Positions 35,746-43,348 of a DNA stretch of 64,000 nt are shown here, in pieces. The stretch is from Alphaproteobacteria bacterium (lineage in GTDB: Bacteria; Pseudomonadota; Alphaproteobacteria; UBA2966), in NCBI GenBank assembly GCA_018654745.1, contig JABILA010000085.1, positions 74,191 to 138,190 on the forward strand, given 5' to 3'. How positions within the stretch are numbered: position 1 is the first letter of the stretch; each line of letters opens with the position of its first letter. Below the pieces are notes generated by a model. It had not been told where the DNA came from. It did not search any database and saw only the letters and a program-made list of their open reading frames with translations. Made by a program: the position numbers and the translations under genes.

Positions 35746-37845
35746 CTAGTTCTGCCCCGCCGCTGATTGACCCGCAACTGATTGTGTCACCAAAGCCTGC
35801 CCTTCGGGATGGATCAGGATATTCAGATATTCATCGACATCACCGGCATAACCCGGATGGATGACACAGGTCGAATCTTTTTGAACCACAATGGCCGGGC
35901 CTGAGATATGGTTTCCGGCCTCCAGCTTGTTGCGGTCGTAAACGCCGGTGTTCACAAAGCTGCCGTCAAAATACACCTGGTCCTGACGCAACAAGGCGGA
36001 AGACGCATCGGGTCCGGCTTTTTCAAACTTTGGAAACGCAACCTTGTCCACCTGGCCTGTACCGATCACACGCAAATTGACGATCTCAACCGGTTGATCA
36101 AGTTTGAAGCCATATTGGCGTTCATGGGCGGCACCAAAATCGGCGGCCAGACCAGCAAGACCTGATCCTTGCAGCTTTTCCGGATCGACATCCAGGCTGA
36201 ATTCATAACCCTGACGGAAATAGCGCACATCAGCCTGATAGCGCACTTCACGTCCGGTCTGGCCCAGGCCTTCTTCCTGCAGCCAGGCGTTGGCTTCGGC
36301 CCCTAGGCCGTTCAGAATATCGACGACCTCGGACACTTCTATATCGTCGATGGTCCGGGCAAAGGTACGGGCAAATTCGTTTTTGATATCGGAATACAGG
36401 AAACCCAGCGCCGATAATACGCCAGGCGTTGGCGGCACAATGACCGGGAAACAACCAGCCAGAATACCCATGGCGTTGCCATGCAAAGGCCCGGCACCAC
36501 CAAAAGCCACCAGCGCAAAGTCCCGTGGATCAAGGCCTTTTTGCACAGAGACCAGACGCAAGGCACCAAACATGTTTTCGTTGACGATATTAAGAATGCC
36601 TTCCGCCGTCTGGTGCAAATCAAGCCCCAGCGCACCGCCCAGTTTAGAGACGGCATCCTTGGCGGCCTGAACATCCAGGGACATGCTGCCGCCCAACAGG
36701 CTGGGAGGCAGGCGACCCAGAACAACGTTGGCATCCGTAACAGTTGGCGCATCACCGCCATGGCCGTAACAAGCCGGTCCAGGCCGGGCACCAGCGCTGT
36801 CGGGACCCACGCGCAAGGCACCGGTCATCGGTACATGGGCAATGGAGCCACCGCCTGCACCGACGGAATGAACTTCGACAGACGGCACCTTGATCGGATA
36901 GTAACCCAGCTGGGTTTGACGCGACAAATTGGGCGTTCCGTTCTGGATCATCGACACATCGGTTGAGGTGCCGCCCATATCGAAACCCAGGGCGTTTGGA
37001 TACCCGGCCAATGTGGCCAGGTAAGCGGCACCGGATACACCACCGGCGGGGCCGGACAACATGGTATGAACCGGAGATTCGGTTGCCCGTGCAACACTCA
37101 TCAAGCCGCCGTCGGAACGGACAATATTAACCTTGGGACTGAACTGGATACCGCGCAGTTTTTCTTCGAAGCCTTTCAGATAGCGCCCCATGCTGGGTCG
37201 CACATAGGCGTTCATCACTGTCACCAGTGTGCGCTCATATTCACGGAACTCCGGCAGCAATTCTGACGACAGGGAAATGGGAATATTGGCATCCATTTCC
37301 TGGATCATGGCCTTGAGGCGTTTTTCGTGTGACGGGTCCGCATAGGAATGCATCAATGAGATGGTAATCGACTCGACACCTGAATCCAGGAGCTCACGGA
37401 TACTCTCACGGGCCAGGGTCTCTTCCATGGGGGTGATGATATCGCCGCGCGCAGAAATGCGTTCCTGTATGCCGCGGGTAAATTCCAGATCCGCCAGCGG
37501 GTCCGGCTTTATCATGATCATCCAGCCAGCCAGAGGGCCGGGCGTCTGTGATCGTGCCAGATGCAGGACTTGCTCAAATCCTTCGGAGACCAGTAAACCA
37601 ACCCTGGCACCTTTTTCCTCGAGCACGATATTTGTAGATACTGTGGTGCCATGCAGCAGGGCTTCGATGCTCGACGGCGACACGCCGGTTTCACGCACCA
37701 ATTCTTCAATACCATTGTGAATGCCGACGGATTGGTCAGCCGGAGTCGAGGGCGTCTTTAACAGATGCATGGCACCTGTTTCGCCGTCAAATAGCAGGAG
37801 ATCGGTAAACGTCCCCCCTACATCAATGCCAAGTCGACTTGACAT
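35746..37845 (-). CDS. hyuA: Hydantoinase A/oxoprolinase family protein, copy 2
   Basis: 699 aa starting MSSRLGIDVGGTFTDLLLF. GGAGG RBS. Confidence 0.85.
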   Translation of the reverse strand: MSSRLGIDVGGTFTDLLLFDGETGAMHLLKTPSTPADQSVGIHNGIEELVRETGVSPSSIEALLHGTTVSTNIVLEEKGARVGLLVSEGFEQVLHLARSQTPGPLAGWMIMIKPDPLADLEFTRGIQERISARGDIITPMEETLARESIRELLDSGVESITISLMHSYADPSHEKRLKAMIQEMDANIPISLSSELLPEFREYERTLVTVMNAYVRPSMGRYLKGFEEKLRGIQFSPKVNIVRSDGGLMSVARATESPVHTMLSGPAGGVSGAAYLATLAGYPNALGFDMGGTSTDVSMIQNGTPNLSRQTQLGYYPIKVPSVEVHSVGAGGGSIAHVPMTGALRVGPDSAGARPGPACYGHGGDAPTVTDANVVLGRLPPSLLGGSMSLDVQAAKDAVSKLGGALGLDLHQTAEGILNIVNENMFGALRLVSVQKGLDPRDFALVAFGGAGPLHGNAMGILAGCFPVIVPPTPGVLSALGFLYSDIKNEFARTFARTIDDIEVSEVVDILNGLGAEANAWLQEEGLGQTGREVRYQADVRYFRQGYEFSLDVDPEKLQGSGLAGLAADFGAAHERQYGFKLDQPVEIVNLRVIGTGQVDKVAFPKFEKAGPDASSALLRQDQVYFDGSFVNTGVYDRNKLEAGNHISGPAIVVQKDSTCVIHPGYAGDVDEYLNILIHPEGQALVTQSVAGQSAAGQN

Positions 37846-38138
37846 TGCACCTCCCTGTTTTTCAGCCTCGTTAAGACTTGATGGCCAAATACGTCAAACC
37901 CCGAAAATGTATACAACATTTACAGGGTTATTATTCAGCCCCTACCCCGGATACTTGATTGTAGCCTTATTATCGTCGATTGGGCCCTTGTATGATTCTC
38001 TAACCAGCGTCCCGGGTCAACGCCCGAATAGACTTTGTATGCAAAATAACCACATCAGTTTGACAGAAACGCAATTACATGTACCATTCGGCCAGTGAGG
38101 TACGCCCACATCTCGAACTTCAATGGATAATAAGAACG

Positions 38139-38663
38139 ATGTCAGATGAAATAGCAGATCGCCGTCGGCCCCGTTTCTGGATTGGCCTGCTCGCCTTCAT
38201 TATTCTGCTGATATTTCTGTACTTCTATACGCCGTTTGAGACGTTGGTGAAGGACAGTATTCCAAATATCCATTTCAACAATGTAATCTTCTGGTTTGCC
38301 TCGGTCGTGGGCATCATTGCCTATGCCGTGTCGCACTGGCAGTCCTTCCGCAACAATCTCTCCAGCCATGTTTCTGATCTGAACGTGCCGGTCCTGGTCT
38401 TCGATACCCTGCAGGTTTCGATCCTGATCGCCGTGATCTTCTGCGCCGGTGCAACCTTGCAGGCGGTAGCCATGCTGGCGGAACATCTCATGAGCAGTGC
38501 GCCGATTATTGGCTCAGGGCTTGGTGAAAACCTGTTGGCGATTGTGTTGCTGGTGGTGATGGCGGTGTTGTTCTACCTGCTGCACCATGTCGTCCGCGCC
38601 TTCCGCGACGGCTGGCAAACACGCAGGCCACCCCGGTTTGGATCATCTTCGTCTGACGGCTGA
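38139..38663 (+). CDS. Small 4-TM membrane protein of unknown function (paralog of 23954-24433)
   Basis: The start was chosen by alignment with its paralog (MSDEIADRRRPRFWIGLLAFIILLIFLYFYTPFE). It is divergent from hyuA-2. Confidence 0.55.
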   Translation: MSDEIADRRRPRFWIGLLAFIILLIFLYFYTPFETLVKDSIPNIHFNNVIFWFASVVGIIAYAVSHWQSFRNNLSSHVSDLNVPVLVFDTLQVSILIAVIFCAGATLQAVAMLAEHLMSSAPIIGSGLGENLLAIVLLVVMAVLFYLLHHVVRAFRDGWQTRRPPRFGSSSSDG

Positions 38664-38666
38664 TAA

Positions 38667-39722
38667 TCAGGCGGATAGCTGCTGAATATCCGAATTCGCA
38701 AGGCCGTTGAAGGCCGCCAGTGAGGCTTCAATCCGGGCCTGATCCATATCGCGCACTATAAAGACCAGCCTTGATCTCTTGTCTTCATCCGGCCAGTTTT
38801 CGAGATGCACCGGTGGGTGCACGACATGCTGCACACCGTTGATCAGCACCGGCGTGCCAACCCCCAGTACATTTAGCATCCCTTTGATTCTTAACACTTT
38901 ATCGCCGTAATGATTGAGCAACATGGTCATCCAGATGCCATAGGCTGTCCAGTCCAGGGGGGCATCAAAAGTCAGGGCAAAGGACGTGACACCGGAGGTA
39001 TGAAGGTGATCGCCCGCGTTATCATGATCATGCCCCGCATGTGAGGCGGTCGTTGCCGTCGACATCAGGTGGTTGATTTCCTGGCGCTTGCCTTTTGGGT
39101 CATGAATATCTTCCGTGATCAAACGCCGGGGACCAAGATCATCAACGGCTGCATCAAATAAAGGTGCCGAAATATTCAGGCGCTGCAGGGCGAGGCGCAA
39201 GGCTGCCGTGTCGCCCGGGTCCGCAATATCCGTTTTGGTGATAATCAGGCGGTCGGCAACAGCGACTTGTTTAACAGGCTCTTCAAATTCCGCCAGCTGT
39301 TTCAAGCCGTTGACGGCATCGACCGTAGTGATCACATTGCCAAGGCGGAAATGATGCTGCAACACAGGTTCCGCCAATACCGTATAGGCGATAGGCACGG
39401 GGTCAGCGAGACCGGATGTTTCGATAATCACGCGTTTAAAAGCCGGTATTTCACCGCGTTCCCGACGGTCGAACAAATCCCGCAAACTGTCCTTGAGATC
39501 ACCGCGAATGGCACAGCAGATACAGCCATTGTCCATCAACAAAGTGCTCTCGGTGGCGGTCTCCAGCAGGTGATGATCGAGACCAACTTCGCCAAATTCA
39601 TTGACCAGCACCGCCGTGTCATCGAGCAAAGGCGAATGTAATAACTGCTGCAGCAAGGTCGTTTTACCGCTGCCGAGGAAGCCGGTCACGACATTGACGG
39701 GAATGAAAGAATTGTATGCCAT
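38667..39722 (-). CDS. COG0523 (CobW/ZigA/Zng1-like) G3E-family GTPase metallochaperone
   Basis: P-loop GFLGSGKTT and the GCICC metal-binding motif. It has a C-terminal CobW_C-like domain with His-rich stretches (HAGHDHDNAGDHLH). Confidence 0.8.
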   Translation of the reverse strand: MAYNSFIPVNVVTGFLGSGKTTLLQQLLHSPLLDDTAVLVNEFGEVGLDHHLLETATESTLLMDNGCICCAIRGDLKDSLRDLFDRRERGEIPAFKRVIIETSGLADPVPIAYTVLAEPVLQHHFRLGNVITTVDAVNGLKQLAEFEEPVKQVAVADRLIITKTDIADPGDTAALRLALQRLNISAPLFDAAVDDLGPRRLITEDIHDPKGKRQEINHLMSTATTASHAGHDHDNAGDHLHTSGVTSFALTFDAPLDWTAYGIWMTMLLNHYGDKVLRIKGMLNVLGVGTPVLINGVQHVVHPPVHLENWPDEDKRSRLVFIVRDMDQARIEASLAAFNGLANSDIQQLSA

Positions 39723-40046
39723 CTAGTCCGCCGTCAGGTCGGCAATCAAGTCATCAGCCAGCGGATCAAAGGACCGCCCGGTCAGGGTTTCCGCCTGGGC
39801 CCACATTTGCGCCAGATTATCGACAATGGCCGTTTTGCCGGTATTGCCCTTGAGGATATAGGCATTGCCTGACCAATCCTTGAGGCCGAGACCATAATGC
39901 CCAAGAACGCGGTTAACGATGCGGGTGCGTTGCTGGCGTTCCCGAAGGGATGTCCCCGGATCTGATTGTGCGGCAAAGGCATCCGGGTTTGTTGACTGGT
40001 CCGTCCAGTGACCCCGCCCGCCAAGGACACCACACAGGCCACACAT
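39723..40046 (-). CDS. Hypothetical small protein (107 aa) beginning MCGLCG, translationally coupled to the COG0523 GTPase
   Basis: Its stop abuts the GTPase ATG, and its ATG lies 6 nt after the deacetylase stop. No family recognised. Confidence 0.45.
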   Translation of the reverse strand: MCGLCGVLGGRGHWTDQSTNPDAFAAQSDPGTSLRERQQRTRIVNRVLGHYGLGLKDWSGNAYILKGNTGKTAIVDNLAQMWAQAETLTGRSFDPLADDLIADLTAD

Positions 40047-40051
40047 ATCCG

Positions 40052-41065
40052 TTACCTCGGGTTTCGGGCGGCAAAGTCATCGGCAATTTCATCAAATGTG
40101 CAGAACCGCACACCCGTATGGGCGCTGATATGATCAAAGACCCGTTGCAGCATCATCTGAACCTGCGGTCGCCCGGACACATCCGGATGGATCGTCAAGG
40201 TGAAGACAGCATAATCATATTCGTTATAAACCCAGTCGAACTGATCAATCCACAATTGTTCGATATCGCGCGGATTAACAAAACCATGACTGTTTGGAGC
40301 GCCCTTGATGAACATCATCGGTGGCAAATCATCGAGATACCAGCTGCCGGGAATATCAATCAGATCCGTTTCCTGACCACGAACCAGCGGTTTCATCCAT
40401 TCGTCCGGGTGCTTGGAATAATCGATCTTGGTCCAGCTGTCGCCAACGCGCGCATAAAACGGGTGGAAGTCGTCGTTCATCAAACTGTGGTCGTACTTGA
40501 TGCCCTTGGCCAACAACAGTTCGTTGGTAATGGGACTGAATTCCCACCACGGCGCTACATAGCCGGTGGGTCGCCTGCCGGAAACCTCTTCAATCAGCTC
40601 GATACATTTGTCCATCACCGCTTCTTCCTGAACCGGTGTCATGGCGATGGGATTTTCATGACTGTAGCCATGCATGCCAATTTCATGTCCGGCATCAACC
40701 ACCATCTGGGTTTCTTTCGGAAAAGTCTCGATGGAGTGGCCGGGGATAAACCAGGTGGTGGGGATTTGCCATTTGTCGAACAAGCGCACCAAACGCGGCA
40801 CCCCCACTTCACCGGCAAACAAACCACGGGAAATATCACAAGGCGAATCTTCGCCACCGTATGACCCCAACCAACCGGCAACAGCATCCACATCAACACC
40901 CACGGCACAAAGGATTTCCTTGCGTCCGCCACTGGCCGCAGACCGGCTGGCGATGGAACTGGAGGCTGAGCTGGAAGAAAAGGCCGGGCGAGGCTGATAT
41001 CGCCCACCTGACACACCGCCGCGAATACCCTGTGTTGGTCGACCAGACCCGGAACTGTCACTCAT
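40052..41065 (-). CDS. Polysaccharide deacetylase (CE4) family protein, PuuE/allantoinase-like, with an N-terminal Ser/Gly-rich disordered segment of about 50 aa
   Basis: Catalytic region ...[13 protein letters not shown]...[13 protein letters not shown]...HPDVSGRP. The N-terminus reads [47 protein letters not shown]. Confidence 0.75.
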   Translation of the reverse strand: MSDSSGSGRPTQGIRGGVSGGRYQPRPAFSSSSASSSIASRSAASGGRKEILCAVGVDVDAVAGWLGSYGGEDSPCDISRGLFAGEVGVPRLVRLFDKWQIPTTWFIPGHSIETFPKETQMVVDAGHEIGMHGYSHENPIAMTPVQEEAVMDKCIELIEEVSGRRPTGYVAPWWEFSPITNELLLAKGIKYDHSLMNDDFHPFYARVGDSWTKIDYSKHPDEWMKPLVRGQETDLIDIPGSWYLDDLPPMMFIKGAPNSHGFVNPRDIEQLWIDQFDWVYNEYDYAVFTLTIHPDVSGRPQVQMMLQRVFDHISAHTGVRFCTFDEIADDFAARNPR

Positions 41066-41143
41066 CCCAAAAAATCCCCCTGTATACTTTGTTGTGATTA
41101 TTTTTAATCCTGGCCTTGTTATTCTGCAATCAGATCATGTTTA

Positions 41144-41151
41144 TTGTATAC
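41144..41151. promoter_or_regulatory. TTGTATAC motif (aTTGTATACTAagg) in the divergent promoter between the deacetylase and the isochorismatase copy 2
   Basis: Same 10-nt core, TTGTATACTA, as at 21204. A further GTATAC lies at 41081-41087. Confidence 0.4.
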
Positions 41152-41156
41152 TAAGG

Positions 41157-41248
41157 CGGTTCCAGTTTGAACGGAACCGCAATAATTCGAATGTTGCCTC
41201 ATACTTTGGGGTTTGAGGCAACGCTGCGTTTCCGTGAAACCCGGAAAC
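41157..41248 (+). promoter_or_regulatory. Structured 5' leader: three consecutive hairpins upstream of the isochorismatase copy 2 gene
   Basis: Hairpin A 41157-41179: 7-bp stem CGGTTCC/GGAACCG. Hairpin B 41194-41221: 8-bp stem TTGCCTCA/TGAGGCAA. Hairpin C 41228-41248: 7-bp stem GTTTCCG/CGGAAAC. Confidence 0.35.
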
Positions 41249-41312
41249 GCTCTAGGGCGTCTTCAATGAAACCTGTTTCTCAGAAAATGCGACGGGACAA
41301 CCAGGGAGAAAG

Positions 41313-42041
41313 TTGTTGAGCGATTGGCAAGACGAAACACTGCAGAGTTATCAGAACAAGGGCCTGGGCTCTCGTGCCGGGTTCGGCAAACGTCCGGCAT
41401 TGTTAATAGTGGATTTCATTAACGGATTTACCGACCCGTCTTCGCCGCTGGGTGGTGATTTTTCGAGCCAGTTGGCCGTGACCGGTCAATTGCTGGAAGT
41501 TTTCCGCCGCGAACGGCTGCCCATCGCATATACCACTATTGAATATGACGCCGATTATCGCGATGCCGGTGTCTTTATCAAAAAGGTCCCATCGCTTTCG
41601 GTGCTGCTGCGGGGCTCTCCCATGTGCAATATCGATGATCGTATCCGCCCCGAAACCGGCGAATATATTGTCTCCAAAAAATACGCCAGCAGCTTCTTCG
41701 GCACCAATCTGGATACCTGGTTGCGCAACAATGACGCCGACACCGTTGTCATTGTCGGCTGCACCACAAGCGGATGCGTCCGCGCTTCTGCCGTTGATTC
41801 GCTGCAATACGGTTATTACACCATCGTTGTCCGGGAAGGCTGCGGTGACCGGGCAGATGGCCCCCACGAAGCCAATCTTTTTGATATGGACGCCAAATAT
41901 GCTGACGTTGTCTCGACTGCAGAAGCCCTGGACTATGCCAACGGCCTGACCCGCAAACCTGATTCTCATGCAGCGCGTGTAGCTGGCCGCAACTTCAAAA
42001 GCTGGTGGGCCGAAGGCAACACAGACAAGCAGGAAGGATAG
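41313..42041 (+). CDS. Isochorismatase-family cysteine hydrolase (N-carbamoylsarcosine amidase-like), copy 2
   Basis: TTG start with an AGGGAGA RBS. Carries VVIVGCTTSGCVRASAVDSLQYGYY. It is a paralog of 20399-21046. Confidence 0.75.
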   Translation: MLSDWQDETLQSYQNKGLGSRAGFGKRPALLIVDFINGFTDPSSPLGGDFSSQLAVTGQLLEVFRRERLPIAYTTIEYDADYRDAGVFIKKVPSLSVLLRGSPMCNIDDRIRPETGEYIVSKKYASSFFGTNLDTWLRNNDADTVVIVGCTTSGCVRASAVDSLQYGYYTIVVREGCGDRADGPHEANLFDMDAKYADVVSTAEALDYANGLTRKPDSHAARVAGRNFKSWWAEGNTDKQEG

Positions 42042-42045
42042 ACCG

Positions 42046-42255
42046 ATGTCCGGAAAATACACCTCTGCCTTTGATGACATGCTGGCCAGTAATGAAAAGC
42101 AGATGAACGATGTCCTGGGTGTATCACCGGCATCCCGGCACCAGAGCAAACCCGTCGCAGCAGAGCAAGCACCTGTCCCGGACACGTCCCGGGCAGCGAC
42201 CAGTGATACGGTGTCGGGCACGGCCAATGGCATCCCTTTTACCCTGAAAACCTGA
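42046..42255 (+). CDS. Small protein (69 aa): N-terminal helix homologous to the HyuA-1 and HyuB-2 N-terminal peptides, followed by a Pro/Ala/Ser-rich disordered tail
   Basis: AGGAAGGA RBS. AFDDMLASNEKQMNDVLG aligns with LDDLLTANKDQFDQLFS (HyuB-2) and FDTQLDDFKNEFDQLGG (HyuA-1). Confidence 0.45.
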   Translation: MSGKYTSAFDDMLASNEKQMNDVLGVSPASRHQSKPVAAEQAPVPDTSRAATSDTVSGTANGIPFTLKT

Positions 42256-42290
42256 CGACAAACCAAGAACCATAAATCGGAGTTAACCGT

Positions 42291-43160
42291 GTGAGTAATT
42301 CAATCATCCGCGACAAACTGGATCGTGGCGAATTTTTTCTGGCGCCTGGCATCCACGATATGATGGCCGCCGTGATTGCCAACAAGGTTGGATTTGAAAT
42401 TGTCTATGGCACAGGCTACTGGATGACCGCTTCGGCTTATGGTCTGCCGGATGCCGGTATTGCAACCTATTCCCAAATGCTGGACCGGGTTTCTACCCTG
42501 GCCAGAACTTCGGACGCGGCGGTGATTGCGGATGCGGATACCGGTTACGGCGGCTTGTTGAATGTGCACCACACCGTGCAAGGATATGAAGAGGCCGGGA
42601 TCACGGCCATTCAGATTGAAGACCAGGAATTCCCTAAAAAATGCGGCCACACACCCGGCAAAAAATGTGTGCCGCTGGAAATCATGACTGACAAGATCAA
42701 GGTCGCCTGCGATGCCCGCAAGGACAAGAAGAATACCCTGATCGTGGCCCGGACAGATATTTACCAGGCCGAAGGGTTTGATGCCTCCATCCGCCGTGGC
42801 GCTGCCTTTGCCGAAGCCGGCGCTGACATTATCTTTGTCGAAGCCCTGACCAGCGAAGACGAAATGCGCCGGGCCTGCGATGAAATCGACGCCCCGATGA
42901 TTTCCAATATGGCCCAGGGTGGTGATACCCCCATGCGCACAGGCGAAGAACTGGCGGATATTGGCTATGCCTGCGCCATCTATCCGGCAACGACAGCCCT
43001 GTCCGCGGCCTATGCCACCGAACAGGCCCTGCTGCATTTGAAACACCAGGGCACCAACGAAAGCCCGGATGTGCCGATGTTTGATTTCCAGGAGTTTAAT
43101 CGCCTGATCGGCTTCGAAGAAGTCTGGGCCTTCGACAAAAAATGGGCCCGCGACGACTGA
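42291..43160 (+). CDS. Isocitrate lyase/PEP mutase superfamily enzyme (2-methylisocitrate lyase / carboxyvinyl-carboxyphosphonate phosphorylmutase-like)
   Basis: GTG start with a GGAG RBS. Carries ADADTGYGG...IQIEDQEFPKKCGHTPGK...ARTD, close to PrpB. Confidence 0.8.
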   Translation: MSNSIIRDKLDRGEFFLAPGIHDMMAAVIANKVGFEIVYGTGYWMTASAYGLPDAGIATYSQMLDRVSTLARTSDAAVIADADTGYGGLLNVHHTVQGYEEAGITAIQIEDQEFPKKCGHTPGKKCVPLEIMTDKIKVACDARKDKKNTLIVARTDIYQAEGFDASIRRGAAFAEAGADIIFVEALTSEDEMRRACDEIDAPMISNMAQGGDTPMRTGEELADIGYACAIYPATTALSAAYATEQALLHLKHQGTNESPDVPMFDFQEFNRLIGFEEVWAFDKKWARDD

Positions 43161-43192
43161 GGGGAAGGCCTATATCGTTCCCTCAGCACCCC

Positions 43193-43291
43193 GTCACTCC
43201 GGGCTTGACCCGGAGTCTCTGGTGAAGCTGGATTAAGGGATGTGGTGCAGGTTGAGACAATGCTGAGACTCCGGGTCAAGCCCGGAGTGAC
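43193..43291. repeat. REP/MITE-like element, copy 2 (same 27-bp arms as 24461-24558, different 45-nt spacer)
   Basis: Arms at 43193-43219 and 43265-43291. It lies between convergent gene ends. Confidence 0.7.
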
Positions 43292-43348
43292 GCTGGTCTG
43301 GAATGCATCATCAGAGTTGATGACGGCTTAAACAAGGCCCGGACGCCC

